This document shows positions 1 through 9,919 of a stretch of DNA of 64,000 bases, piece after piece (the stretch's first letter is position 1; each line of letters opens with the position of its first letter). A program made the position numbers and the translations under genes. A model generated the notes under the pieces. The model ran no database searches and was not told the DNA's origin. It saw nothing but the letters and a program-made list of their open reading frames with translations. This DNA is from Cyanobacteriota bacterium (lineage in GTDB: Bacteria; Acidobacteriota; Vicinamibacteria; Vicinamibacterales; UBA2999), in the NCBI GenBank assembly GCA_019752015.1, contig JAIEMQ010000021.1:879-64878 (forward strand), in the 5' to 3' direction.

Positions 1-1404
1 CTGCGCGAGGATGGGCGCCTGCAGTTCACGCTGCTTGGCGCGCACACGTTCGCGATCCTGAAGACGACGGCCATTGTCGATCGATCGTTCGCGCTCAGGA
101 AATTCGATTTCTCTCTCGACCCCGGCACAGGGCCGATGACCATCAAGGGCCGCCTCGATGGCACGCGGCTGTTGCTCGAGATGGGCGGCGCCGCGGGAAC
201 GCGCACCGAAACACGCAACCTTCCCGAGCCGCCGGCGTTGATGCTGAGCGTCGGGCGCCGCCTCGCCAGCGAGGGGATGAAGCCGGGCACCACGCGGCAG
301 TGGACGGTATTCGATCCGGCCACGATGAAGAACGCGCCCGTCAACATTGCGATCGGCCAGCGTGAAGTCGTCACCGCCGGCGCGCGCCGGCCGATTCCCG
401 CCTTCAAGGTCGACATGACCTTCAGCGGCATCACGACGACCGCGTGGGTGACCGACACCGGCGAGATCGTTCGTGAGGAAAGCCCGATGGGCCTGATCAC
501 GATCCTCGAAACGCAGGAGCAGGCGATGGCGCTCAGCGTCTCGAACCGGATGCGCGAGGACATGCTCGAAGGCGCCGCGATCGTTCCGCGGATGGCGCCG
601 AAGCAGCGCATTGTCGAGCCGCGTGACGTGAAGAGATTGCGGCTGCGTTTGATCGGCGTCGATTTGTCGAACAAGGACGTCGAGGGCAGCGGCCAGCGGC
701 TCGATGGCGAGTTCGTGGAGCTGATCGATCCGCGCGATCTGAAACCGGCACCGGCACCGCCGGATCTCGATCGTTACCTGCGCGCCGAGCCGTTCATCGA
801 AAGCGATGCGCCGGAAATCAAGGCCGCCGCCGAAAAGATGGTGATGGGCGTCACGGGCACGCGCGCGCGGGCGGAGCGGCTGACGCGCGAAGTCAACACA
901 ATGATCGACAAGAAGCCGACCGTCAGCCTGCCATCGGCGCTCGAAGTGCTGCGGACCCAGGTCGGCGACTGCAACGAGCACACCGTGCTGTACGTGGCGC
1001 TCGCGCGATCGCTCGGCATTCCGGCACGCATCAACGTCGGCCTCGTTTACGTGCGCGGCGCCTTCTATTACCACGCGTGGCCCGAGGTCTACATCGCAGA
1101 GCGCAAGGGCGAGGGACTCTGGCTGCCGGTCGATCCGACCTTCGATCAATTCCCGTCCGACGCCACGCACATCCGGCTGGCGCGCGGCGGCCTCGAGCAG
1201 CAGGCGGCGATCCTGCCGATGTTCGGCAAGGTGCGCATGGACGTGGCGGAAGTCGAGGTGGCACCCAACTCGACGCCGATTCTCGTTGGACGGCAGGCGA
1301 GCGATCCGGCGCCGCTGGCGATCGACATTCCGCGGCGCCAGGCGTGCGGCTGCTGGGCATCGCCGTGCACGGGGACCACGCCGAGCCGGGCGTACGACCG
1401 ATGA
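1..1404 (+). CDS. Transglutaminase-like cysteine protease domain protein (5' end outside the window)
   Basis: Frame 1 has no stop from nt 1, so the ORF is truncated at the window edge. Cys-His-Asp core motifs are present: 'GDCNEHTVLYVALARSLGIPAR', 'YYHAWPEVY', 'WLPVDPT'. The stop overlaps the next start (ATGA). Confidence 0.8.
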   Translation: MREDGRLQFTLLGAHTFAILKTTAIVDRSFALRKFDFSLDPGTGPMTIKGRLDGTRLLLEMGGAAGTRTETRNLPEPPALMLSVGRRLASEGMKPGTTRQWTVFDPATMKNAPVNIAIGQREVVTAGARRPIPAFKVDMTFSGITTTAWVTDTGEIVREESPMGLITILETQEQAMALSVSNRMREDMLEGAAIVPRMAPKQRIVEPRDVKRLRLRLIGVDLSNKDVEGSGQRLDGEFVELIDPRDLKPAPAPPDLDRYLRAEPFIESDAPEIKAAAEKMVMGVTGTRARAERLTREVNTMIDKKPTVSLPSALEVLRTQVGDCNEHTVLYVALARSLGIPARINVGLVYVRGAFYYHAWPEVYIAERKGEGLWLPVDPTFDQFPSDATHIRLARGGLEQQAAILPMFGKVRMDVAEVEVAPNSTPILVGRQASDPAPLAIDIPRRQACGCWASPCTGTTPSRAYDR

Positions 1405-2153
1405 TCGCCGTCGAGAATCTCGTCAAGCGGTACGGCAGCTTCACCGCGGTCGATGGCGTGTCGTTGAGCGTGGCGCCGGGGCAGATTCACGGCTTTCTCG
1501 GTCCGAACGGCGCCGGCAAGACCACCAGCATCCGCATGATCGCGGGTCTGCTGAAACCGACCGCCGGCCGCATCATCGTCAACGGGCACGATCTCGAGCG
1601 CGAGCCTGAAGCCGCGAAAGCGGCACTCGGCTTCATTCCCGATCGCCCGTTCATCTACGAGAAGTTGACCGCGGGCGAGTTCCTCCGGTTCCACGCCGGC
1701 CTCTATGGCATGCCGGAGCGCGACATCGACACGCGCATCAAGGAGATGCTGGAGATCTTCGAGCTGGGCCGCTGGCAGAACGAGCTGGTCGAAAGTTTTT
1801 CGCACGGCATGAAGCAGCGGCTCGTGATGAGCGCGGCGTTCCTGCACCGGCCGAAGGCGGTGCTCGTCGACGAGCCGATGGTCGGGCTCGATCCGCGCGG
1901 CGCGCGCCTGATCAAGGACGTGTTCCGCCGCATGACCGAGCACGGCGTGGCGATCCTGATGAGCACCCACACGCTCGAAGTCGCGCAGGAGATGTGCGAT
2001 CTGATCAGCATCATTCTCAAGGGCAAGATCATCGCGCACGGCACCGTGCCGGAGCTGCGCGCGATGGCCGGCTCGCCGAACGAAGAGCTGACACCGGTGT
2101 TCCTGAAACTCACCGGCGGCAGCGGGCTCCAGGAAATTGAGGAGATTGTGTGA
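1401..2153 (+). CDS. ABC transporter ATP-binding protein (ABC-2/DrrA-like)
   Basis: Walker A 'GPNGAGKTT', signature 'SHGMKQR', Walker B 'VLVDEP'. Start taken at ATG 1401 ('MIAVENLVKRYG'). The upstream part of the 1077 ORF overlaps the previous gene. Confidence 0.9.
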   Translation: MIAVENLVKRYGSFTAVDGVSLSVAPGQIHGFLGPNGAGKTTSIRMIAGLLKPTAGRIIVNGHDLEREPEAAKAALGFIPDRPFIYEKLTAGEFLRFHAGLYGMPERDIDTRIKEMLEIFELGRWQNELVESFSHGMKQRLVMSAAFLHRPKAVLVDEPMVGLDPRGARLIKDVFRRMTEHGVAILMSTHTLEVAQEMCDLISIILKGKIIAHGTVPELRAMAGSPNEELTPVFLKLTGGSGLQEIEEIV

Positions 2154-3865
2154 ACGGCGCAACCGCCATCACACGTCCGTTCCCGTATCTGCTGCTGCCG
2201 TCCTTCTGGGCCACGCGCAACCGCGCGCGCCGGCGTGAGAAGGGCGACAGCGCTCGCGGCATCGTGTTCGGCGGTATCGGCCTCGGCGTGATGAGCGCGT
2301 TGTTCTACGGCGCGTTCTGGGTGACCTACCAGGCCGCGCAGTACGCCGAGCTGGGCGACTACCTGATTCGCATCGGGTTGTCATGGCTGTTCCTGACGTT
2401 TCTGTCGTTCCTCGCGTTCAGCGGTGTCGTGGCCGCGCTGTCGACGTTTTTTCTCTCCGACGATCTGCGGTTGATCCTCGCCGCGCCGGTCGCGTCGCGG
2501 CGCCTGTTCTTCGCGCGCTTCGCGCGCACGGTCGCACAGGCGGGCTGGATGGTGATCGTGTTCCTGCTGCCGGTGCTGGCCGGGATCGCGTTCGCGAAAT
2601 GCGCGTCGTGGTGGTTTGTCGTGACTGCGACGATGACGGTGGTGCCGTTCGTTCTGATTCCGGTCGCGCTCGGATCGGCGATCACGCTGCTGCTCGTCAA
2701 CGTGTTTCCGGCCCGCCGCGCGCGCGACATCCTGATGCTGATGGGCCTGGTCTTCGCGATGAGCCTCGTCCTGCTGCTGCGCTTCCTGCAGCCCGAGCGA
2801 TTGCTGCGCGTGGAGTCGATGCCCGAGGTCACGGATTTCTTTGCGACGCTGCAATCACCGATCACGCCGCTCCTGCCGTCGTTCTGGGCCGGCGAAGCGC
2901 TGTTTGCCGGATTGCAGAACGGCCGCGATCTCCTGCACGTCGCCGCCTTGTGGTCGACGGCGGCGGCCGCGGTCATTGTCGTGGGGTGGGCGTTCGAGCG
3001 CTGGCACTTCACCGGCTTCAGCAAGGCGCAGGAAGCCCGCAAGGCCCGCTTCACGCAGTGGCGCGCGCTCGATTATCTCGCCGGGCTGCTGCCGCTGTCG
3101 CAGGTGCGGAAGCACCTGTTGATCAAGGACCTCAAGGTGTTCCTGCGCGACGTCAGCCAGTGGTCGCAGTTGCTGCTGCTGCTCGCGCTGGTGATGGTGT
3201 ATCTCTACAACTTCCGCGTGCTCGATCTCGAACGCATTCCGTACATGAGCGGCTTCCTCAAGAACATGTATGCGTTCCTGAATCTCGCGATGGCCGGCTT
3301 CGTGATGGCGACGGTGACAGTGCGCTTCGTCTTCCCCGCGGTGTCGGCGGAGGGCGCGGCGTTCTGGATCATCCGCACCGCGCCGATCTCGCTGCGGGAT
3401 TTTCTGTGGTCGAAGTTCTGGACCGGGCTGATCCCGGTGCTGGTGTTGACGGAGATCCTGATCGTGGCCGGCAACAACCTGCTCGGCGTCGATCCATTTC
3501 TGAAACAGATGTCGGCCGCCGCCGTGGTGTTCATGGCCTTCGCGCTGGTCGGGCTGGCGTGCGGCCTTGGCGCCCGCTATCCGCGTTTCGCGGCCGACAA
3601 CCCGAGCCAGGTGGCCGGATCGTACGGCGGCGTCGCGTTCATGATTCTCGCGGTGCTGTTCATCCTGGTGATGATCGTGCTGCTCGGCTACCCATCCAGC
3701 CTGTATCTGTTCTCGCTCTTTCGCCGCCGGCCGCTGAGCGGCAATCAAGAGATGCTGATCGCCGTGATGTTCACGATGGCGGCGATGTTGAGTATCGCGA
3801 CGTGGCTGCTCGGCATGCGCACCGGCGTCAAGGCGCTCCAGGAAATGGACCGCACGCCGTCCTAA
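2150..3865 (+). CDS. Polytopic membrane protein, putative permease partner of the ABC ATPase
   Basis: GTG start overlaps the ATPase stop (GTGA). The 571 aa product has many hydrophobic segments. Function is inferred from translational coupling only. Confidence 0.75.
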   Translation: MNGATAITRPFPYLLLPSFWATRNRARRREKGDSARGIVFGGIGLGVMSALFYGAFWVTYQAAQYAELGDYLIRIGLSWLFLTFLSFLAFSGVVAALSTFFLSDDLRLILAAPVASRRLFFARFARTVAQAGWMVIVFLLPVLAGIAFAKCASWWFVVTATMTVVPFVLIPVALGSAITLLLVNVFPARRARDILMLMGLVFAMSLVLLLRFLQPERLLRVESMPEVTDFFATLQSPITPLLPSFWAGEALFAGLQNGRDLLHVAALWSTAAAAVIVVGWAFERWHFTGFSKAQEARKARFTQWRALDYLAGLLPLSQVRKHLLIKDLKVFLRDVSQWSQLLLLLALVMVYLYNFRVLDLERIPYMSGFLKNMYAFLNLAMAGFVMATVTVRFVFPAVSAEGAAFWIIRTAPISLRDFLWSKFWTGLIPVLVLTEILIVAGNNLLGVDPFLKQMSAAAVVFMAFALVGLACGLGARYPRFAADNPSQVAGSYGGVAFMILAVLFILVMIVLLGYPSSLYLFSLFRRRPLSGNQEMLIAVMFTMAAMLSIATWLLGMRTGVKALQEMDRTPS

Positions 3866-3869
3866 CTTT

Positions 3870-4659
3870 GTAACGGGGACTGACCCCTTAACATGCGGTT
3901 TCGACGACTTTTCTGCCTGGAGCCAGCCATGTTACGTTGCAATCCTCTAGTACTTTTTCAGCGACCTGCGGATTTCGTCAACCGTAGTTCCTGCTAGCGG
4001 CTCGTCGATTGTGTGATGCCAATCCGGCAACAGGAGCAGCGGACCCGGATCGATCAATGACCGGCCATTGCCGAACCGTTCTGCCAGGCTGGACCATCGC
4101 CACTCCCTGGAACTGCGGACGATGTCGGCGCGCAGCGGATTCTGTTCGACGTAGCGAAGCAGATTGAAGTAATAGCCTTCGCTCAACACCTCACAGCTCT
4201 TGAACCTGCCCTTGTACACCGATCCATGTCCGACGGTGTGCGTTCGCTTGCGAAAATCCATTGCGTGGGTGCACGTCAGAAGGTGGAGGAACGCGGAGAC
4301 CTCCCACTCGACTTCAACCCAGAAGACGAAATGCCAATGGTTATACATGACGCAGTACGCAACGATTCTCACGGGGCATTTCGCCTTCGCCCAAGCGACC
4401 AAATGCAGAAAACCTTCGTAATCTGTCGCGCGCTTGAAGAGCGGACGTTTATCGTGCGCGCGATTGACACAATGCACGACGCAACCGGCTGGCAGATTTC
4501 TGGAATTGTGCGGCATGAACCACCTCCGGAGCGGTTGCTGAGCAAACCAATGGCCATGCACAGCTTCGGAAGCGGTGATGCAAGAGTTGATCGGCTGCGA
4601 ACCTATCGGTTGGCAGTTATTGCCGCAAAACCTGATGTTAAGGGGTCAGTCCCCGTTAC
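3870..4659. mobile_element. REP-flanked RAYT unit: Y1 (HUH) transposase gene bracketed by a perfect 25-bp inverted repeat
   Basis: 'gtaacggggactgaccccttaacat' at 3870-3894 is the exact reverse complement of 4635-4659. Each copy contains a GGGG...CCCC hairpin. The unit fills the gap between two convergent genes and is visibly lower in GC. Confidence 0.8.
3947..4561 (-). CDS. REP-associated tyrosine transposase (RAYT, IS200/IS605-like Y1 transposase)
   Basis: HUH motif 'YNHWHFVFW' and catalytic-Tyr motif 'LLRYVEQNPLRADIV'. 204 aa. Confidence 0.8.
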   Translation of the reverse strand: MHGHWFAQQPLRRWFMPHNSRNLPAGCVVHCVNRAHDKRPLFKRATDYEGFLHLVAWAKAKCPVRIVAYCVMYNHWHFVFWVEVEWEVSAFLHLLTCTHAMDFRKRTHTVGHGSVYKGRFKSCEVLSEGYYFNLLRYVEQNPLRADIVRSSREWRWSSLAERFGNGRSLIDPGPLLLLPDWHHTIDEPLAGTTVDEIRRSLKKY

Positions 4660-5285
4660 ATTGGCTTCGTCAGGACATCGATGCGGACGTAGTTGACCGT
4701 GCACGGGTCGTGATTGGCGATCGGGCGCGAGCCGCCGGCGTCGATCCACTGTTCGGTCCCTGACGGCAGCTCGATCAGCAGCGTGGGTTCCTTCGCGGTG
4801 ATCGTCTGCTCGTCGTGCTGCTCGAGCGCGATGCGCGTGATGCGCACCTGCTTGTTGGTGAACTCGTTCTCGGTCGGTGGGATGCGGCGCCTGTTCCTGG
4901 CGCCGGCGTTCTCCGTCTTCAGCCAGATGCGCAGGAAGTCGGTCGGCGCCGACGACGTATTCTCGGCGGTGTGATGTTCCTCCGGACCAGTTGAAACCCT
5001 GATCGCACCGGCCTTCACCGCGGGCCGCGTCACCGAGCGGTTGTTGTTCCCCGAGTGCTTGAACACCACGCCGTCTGAATCATTCAGGTAGACGTAAATC
5101 GTGGTCCCCGCGGCATGCGTGTGCTCCGGCAGCTTCGCGCCCGCATCGTAATGGACGCGGACCACGCGCGCGAAATTGTTCTCGAACTGCACCTCGTAGG
5201 CATCCGGCAGCGATTTCGTCGGATCCTGCATCACACCCGCTATGACCAGCGTGGCCACCGCAAATCGAAGCATCCTGTCCACCAT
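4656..5285 (-). CDS. Secreted hypothetical protein (possibly cupin-like beta protein)
   Basis: N-terminal signal-like segment 'LRFAVATLVIAGVMQ'. The His-rich stretch 'EHTHAAGTTIYVYLND' is a weak cupin hint. The stop codon lies inside the right REP copy. Confidence 0.65.
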   Translation of the reverse strand: MVDRMLRFAVATLVIAGVMQDPTKSLPDAYEVQFENNFARVVRVHYDAGAKLPEHTHAAGTTIYVYLNDSDGVVFKHSGNNNRSVTRPAVKAGAIRVSTGPEEHHTAENTSSAPTDFLRIWLKTENAGARNRRRIPPTENEFTNKQVRITRIALEQHDEQTITAKEPTLLIELPSGTEQWIDAGGSRPIANHDPCTVNYVRIDVLTKPM

Positions 5286-5307
5286 TCTTCGCTAAACTGT
5301 CCCGACC

Positions 5308-6363
5308 ATGAAGAGAGTATTACTTGCCGTCGTTCTCGCCACCGCGGCGATTTACTTACCGGCCGCGCTGGGCTCGGCCCAGCCCGCCGGAGGCGGGCAA
5401 CAAACAGATCCCTGGTTCGGGACCTTCTCGATCATCGCCTTCGATCCCGCCACCAACGAACTGGGCGTCGGGGTCCAGTCGCGGGCCTTCGGGGCCGGCG
5501 CCGCTGTGCCGTACGCGAAACCCGGCGTCGGCGCCGTCGCCACGCAGGCATCCGCGAATCGTCAATACGGCCCCAGGGCGATCGCGCTCCTCGAGCAGGG
5601 ACTCTCGCCCGCGGAAGTCGTGAAGCGCATCACCGACGAAGATCCCGGGCGCGACACCCGGCAGGTCGCCGTGATCGATACCAAGGGCCGCTCGGCGGTC
5701 TACACCGGCAAGCGCGTCATCGATCGCAACTCCGATCCGAAGGATCTCGTGCATCTCGGCGGCTATGCGGGTCACGTCACCGGTGAACACTTCTCCGCCC
5801 AGGGCAACACCCTCGCAAGTGCCGCCGTCGTCGAAGCAATGGCCGCCGCGTATCGCACCGGCAAGGGCTCAATGGCCGAGCGGCTGATGGACGCGCTCGA
5901 CGCCGGCCAGTCGAAGGGCGGCGATACGCGCGGCATGCAGTCCGCCGGCATTCTCGTCGTTCGTCCGCTCGATCCGAAATCGGAGTCCACCGTGGAACGC
6001 ATTGTCGACATCCGCGTCGACGATTCCCCTGAGCCGTTCAAAGAGCTGCGCCGCCTGCTCAATATGACGACGGGCGTCCCGAATCGGTTGATGACGCGAG
6101 CGAATGAATTATCGAAATCGGGGCAGCACGATCAGGCGATCGCCGAAGCGAAGCAAGCGCTCGAGATCAACCCGCGGGCCGAAACGACAATGTACGGGCT
6201 GGCCAGGCTGTACGCCGCCGCCGGCAACACCCGGCTGGCGCTCGAACATCTGTCGATGGCGATCGCGCGGCAACCGAAGCAATGGAAGTTCGAGGCCTCG
6301 AACGATCCGGCGTTTGAGAAGCTGCGCGCGCTGCCTGAGTTCCAGCGGTTGATCAACCCGTGA
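5308..6363 (+). CDS. DUF1028-family (Ntn-hydrolase-like) protein with C-terminal TPR region
   Basis: Signal peptide followed by 'GTFSIIAFDPATNELGVGVQSRAFGAGAAVPYAKPGVGAVATQA', typical of DUF1028 as I recall it. The C-terminus is TPR-like ('QAIAEAKQALEINP...LARLYAAAGN'). Confidence 0.75.
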   Translation: MKRVLLAVVLATAAIYLPAALGSAQPAGGGQQTDPWFGTFSIIAFDPATNELGVGVQSRAFGAGAAVPYAKPGVGAVATQASANRQYGPRAIALLEQGLSPAEVVKRITDEDPGRDTRQVAVIDTKGRSAVYTGKRVIDRNSDPKDLVHLGGYAGHVTGEHFSAQGNTLASAAVVEAMAAAYRTGKGSMAERLMDALDAGQSKGGDTRGMQSAGILVVRPLDPKSESTVERIVDIRVDDSPEPFKELRRLLNMTTGVPNRLMTRANELSKSGQHDQAIAEAKQALEINPRAETTMYGLARLYAAAGNTRLALEHLSMAIARQPKQWKFEASNDPAFEKLRALPEFQRLINP

Positions 6364-6428
6364 GGCGTCGCTAAGTTGCGGGCAGGCCGCGATTTTTAGC
6401 GAATCGCTAAGAAAAGACCGGGCTCGTA

Positions 6429-8921
6429 TCAGCTTCGGTGCAGCAGCGCCAGCGGATCGGCGACAGCCGCGCGCCTGGCTGGCAGATAAGACGCGATCGC
6501 CACGACGACGGTGACGAGCGCAACAACGAAACCATAGGTGGCCGCGTCATTCATCCGCACGCCGAACAACAGGGTTTCGAGGCTTCGCGATGCCACCGCG
6601 GCGAGCGCCAGCCCAGTGGCCAGGCCAACGCCGGCGCGGACACCGGCCGATCGGAACACGCCGCCGGCGATGCGCGCGCTGGTGGCGCCGAGCGCCATCC
6701 GAATCGCGAACTCACGGCGCCGGTTGGTGACGTCCAGGCTGACCACGCTGAAGAGCCCGAGCATCGACAACGCGAACGCGAGCGCAGCAAACAACGAGAA
6801 GACCCACGCGCTGAATCGCCACGGCGCGATCTCCTTGTTCACGACCGCACTCATTGGACCGATGCCGCTGACCAGCACGCGCGGATCACGCTGACGGGCC
6901 TGCGCCTGAATCGCGGCCGCGGCGGCGAGCGCCTGCTGTTCTCGACCCGGTTTCATGCGCACGGTCAGGCTCGTGATGGTGCCGACGGTGGATTGCGCCG
7001 GCGGATCGTACATATTGAGCGGGATCTCGTGCATGCCCTTGTCGCGAACGTTGCCCACGACGCCGACGATGGTCCGCCACACGCCCGTGACCACGCGCTG
7101 GTTCGCATTGAACGACGCGGCCTTGATGCGCTTGCCGACCGGATTCTGGCCGGGAAAGAACGCCGCCGCCGTGCTCTCGCTGATCAGTGCGACGCGCGGC
7201 GCGTTCTCGCGATCGCTCTCGTCGAACAGCCGTCCGCTGATCAGCGGAATCTTCATCGTCCGGAAATATCCGGCGTTTGCCGCCTGGTAATTGACAATCG
7301 GATTGCGATTGGCCTGCTCCGGCGTTTCCGGCTGGCCTTCACCGATCGCCCACGTTCCCTGGCCGATCGTGCCGAGCTCCATCGGTGTCAGATAGACGGC
7401 GCCCACGGACTCGACCTCGGGGAGCTGTTCAATCTGCGGAACGAATTCCTCGATCCACGTATTGATCGGACGCGACTGATCCCGCGGCTCGACCTTCAGG
7501 CGCAGCACCGCCTCGTGGTTGAAGCCGAAATCCAGCGATTGCAACGCGCTGAAACTTCGCACCACCAATCCCGCGGCGACGAGCAACACCACCGCGAGTC
7601 CAATCTGCGCGACCAGCAGCGACGAGCGCGCGCGATTCGATCGCCCACCGGTGATCGTGCGAGTGCCGTCATTCAATGCTTCGGTCACATTGACGGTGCC
7701 CGCGTGGCGGATCGGCGCGAGGCCGCACAGGAATGTGGCGATGGTCAGGACCGCGATGCTGAACAGTGCGACCGGCAGATCGATCGTCACTTCATCCAGG
7801 CGAGGAATGCCGTCCGGCGCGAGCGCGATGATCATGCCGATCAAGCCGCGGCACGCGAGCAGTCCCAGTGCGCCGCCGAGCATCGTCAACCACACGGTCT
7901 CCGCCGCCCACAACCGCGCGATGGCGAGGCGGCCGCCGCCGATCGCCCTGCGAATCGCGTCGCCGTGCGCGCGCAGTGAGACGCGCGTCAGCATCAGGCC
8001 CGACACATTCGCGCACGCGATCAGCAGCAGGATGCCGACGGCGCCGAACAACACCCACATCGCCCGTCGCGCCGGGCCGATCTGGTAGTCGAGAAACGGT
8101 GTGACGGCGATGTCGTACTTGGGGCCCCGCGTTTTCGCTTGCAGCTGCGCGTTGGCGCGCGTCCACGCATCCTGCGCCGCCTGCGGCGTCACGCCCGGCC
8201 GCAGCCGGCCGATCATGAACAGCACGCCGACGTTGCGCAGTGCGGTTGAGTAACCGTTGTTGCCCGGAACGGTTCCGAGCACGGGCGCGATGGCCTGCCA
8301 CATCGCGGTGCCTCGCGGGTAGTTGAACGCCGCCGGCATGACGCCGATGACCTCTGTGAGTTGATCGTCCAGACGTAGCGTGCGGCCAACGATGTTCGGA
8401 TCGGATCCAAACTGCCGCGTCCACAGATCGTGGCTGATCACGACCACCGGCGCGCTCGCCGGCCGATCATCGTCGGGTGAGATGGTTCGCCCGAGCTGCG
8501 GTATGGCGCCGATCAGCTCGAAGAAATGTCCGGACACTCCGATCGACGGCAGCTTGACGGGCTCGCCTTCGCCATCGAGGATTACCGTCCACGCCGACGA
8601 TCCGATCGATGCGACGGCGCCGACTTCCGGAGTTGCGGTGCCGATGTCCTGGATGTCGAGGTACGACATCTCGATCACGCGCATGTTGAGCGCCGCGCTC
8701 GACCCCCAGCCAACGACGAGCTGTTGCGGTTCGCGAATCGGCATCGGCTTGAGCAGCACCGCGTAGACGGCGCTGAAGATTGCGGTGCTCGCGCCAATGG
8801 CCAGGGCCAGCGTGGCGATGGCCGCCAGCGAATAGCCCGGTGCCAAACGCAACTGCCGCGCAGCGAGGTTGAGATCGCGCAATAGATTGTGCATGTTCAG
8901 GCCATTCGAGAAGGGCGCCAC
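6429..8921 (-). CDS. Duplicated FtsX/MacB-type ABC permease (ADOP family)
   Basis: 830 aa. The N-terminus 'LLRDLNLAARQLRLAPGYSLAAIATLALAIGASTAIFS' is characteristic of acidobacterial duplicated orphan permeases. It has two MacB-periplasmic-plus-FtsX halves. Confidence 0.85.
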   Translation of the reverse strand: MAPFSNGLNMHNLLRDLNLAARQLRLAPGYSLAAIATLALAIGASTAIFSAVYAVLLKPMPIREPQQLVVGWGSSAALNMRVIEMSYLDIQDIGTATPEVGAVASIGSSAWTVILDGEGEPVKLPSIGVSGHFFELIGAIPQLGRTISPDDDRPASAPVVVISHDLWTRQFGSDPNIVGRTLRLDDQLTEVIGVMPAAFNYPRGTAMWQAIAPVLGTVPGNNGYSTALRNVGVLFMIGRLRPGVTPQAAQDAWTRANAQLQAKTRGPKYDIAVTPFLDYQIGPARRAMWVLFGAVGILLLIACANVSGLMLTRVSLRAHGDAIRRAIGGGRLAIARLWAAETVWLTMLGGALGLLACRGLIGMIIALAPDGIPRLDEVTIDLPVALFSIAVLTIATFLCGLAPIRHAGTVNVTEALNDGTRTITGGRSNRARSSLLVAQIGLAVVLLVAAGLVVRSFSALQSLDFGFNHEAVLRLKVEPRDQSRPINTWIEEFVPQIEQLPEVESVGAVYLTPMELGTIGQGTWAIGEGQPETPEQANRNPIVNYQAANAGYFRTMKIPLISGRLFDESDRENAPRVALISESTAAAFFPGQNPVGKRIKAASFNANQRVVTGVWRTIVGVVGNVRDKGMHEIPLNMYDPPAQSTVGTITSLTVRMKPGREQQALAAAAAIQAQARQRDPRVLVSGIGPMSAVVNKEIAPWRFSAWVFSLFAALAFALSMLGLFSVVSLDVTNRRREFAIRMALGATSARIAGGVFRSAGVRAGVGLATGLALAAVASRSLETLLFGVRMNDAATYGFVVALVTVVVAIASYLPARRAAVADPLALLHRS

Positions 8922-9919
8922 TGCAGCCCGAGACTGATGATTCTCTCGATCAACTTCGCGTACGACACGCCGGCGCGTTTGGCCGACTCGGCGAAATCCT
9001 CACCCTGCGCGAGTTGTGGATTGGGATTGGCCTCAATCACGAACAACTGGCCGTCCGGCTTCATGCGCAAATCGATGCGCGCGTAGCCCGACAGATCGAG
9101 CGCGCGATAGACGCGCTTCGACAGGTGCTGCACTTCAGCGGCCTGATCGTCGGTCAGCCCCGCGAGCGCCGTATCGATGCCGTGCTTCTTCTGATACTTC
9201 ACGCTCCACTTGACGCGCTCGGTGGCGATCTTCCAGTTGTTCTCGGGCAGCTTCGCGAACGACATTTCCCAGACCGGGAACGTCTGGAGGCGATCGATGC
9301 CCATCACGCCGCAATACAGCTCGCGGCCGTCGATGAACTCCTCGACGATCGCCGGCGTCATGATGGTGTCGTGAATGAACTGCACGCGCTTGCCGAGCTG
9401 ATCGTCGCTGGTGACGACCGACGCCTGCGAAATCCCCGTCGACGATTCATACGTCAGCGACTTGACGATCAGCGGGTACTGCAGCCGTTTCGGCAGCTTC
9501 GGTTTCGCGCCGATCGGCACCACCAGGAAATCCGGCACCGGGATGCGGTGGTAAGCCATCAGTTTCTTGGCGAGCGCCTTGTCGCGCGACAGCGTCAGGC
9601 CGCGCGGGTTGCATCCGGTGTACGGCACCTTCAACAATTCGAGATACGACACGACGTTCTGATCGAACACGATGATGTCGTCGAACGCTTCGATCAGGTT
9701 GAACGTGATCGTCGGCTTGAACTCGTCCATCGTCTTCTTGATCGGCGTGAGGTCGTCGTGCACGCCGATCACGCTGATCTCGTGGCCGAGCACCTTCAGC
9801 GTGCGGACGACGTCGTATTCCATGCGCCATTCGGCGGTCTGTGCGGTGGCCTTGTCGACTTTCTCGTCCGGCGGCTCGAGTCCCTTGTGGACGAGCGCCA
9901 GCACTCGTTGTGGTTTCAC
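8897..9919 (-). CDS. ATP-grasp enzyme, D-alanine--D-alanine ligase-like
   Basis: Ddl-like layout: 'RVLALVH...' N-domain, 'DKALAKKLMAYHRIPVPDF', 'PLIVKS', 'IVEEFIDGRELYCGV', 'YARIDLRM...LFVIEANPNP'. GTG start overlaps the upstream stop (GTGA). Confidence 0.8.
   Translation of the reverse strand: MKPQRVLALVHKGLEPPDEKVDKATAQTAEWRMEYDVVRTLKVLGHEISVIGVHDDLTPIKKTMDEFKPTITFNLIEAFDDIIVFDQNVVSYLELLKVPYTGCNPRGLTLSRDKALAKKLMAYHRIPVPDFLVVPIGAKPKLPKRLQYPLIVKSLTYESSTGISQASVVTSDDQLGKRVQFIHDTIMTPAIVEEFIDGRELYCGVMGIDRLQTFPVWEMSFAKLPENNWKIATERVKWSVKYQKKHGIDTALAGLTDDQAAEVQHLSKRVYRALDLSGYARIDLRMKPDGQLFVIEANPNPQLAQGEDFAESAKRAGVSYAKLIERIISLGLQWRPSRMA

Noticed and set aside
6396-6410. Palindrome TTAGCGAaTCGCTAA flanked by T- and A-runs between convergent genes, considered as a bidirectional terminator
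   Set aside because: The stem is only 5-7 bp and AT-containing with a minimal loop, which is too weak to call. It is recorded here only as a possible weak terminator or binding site.
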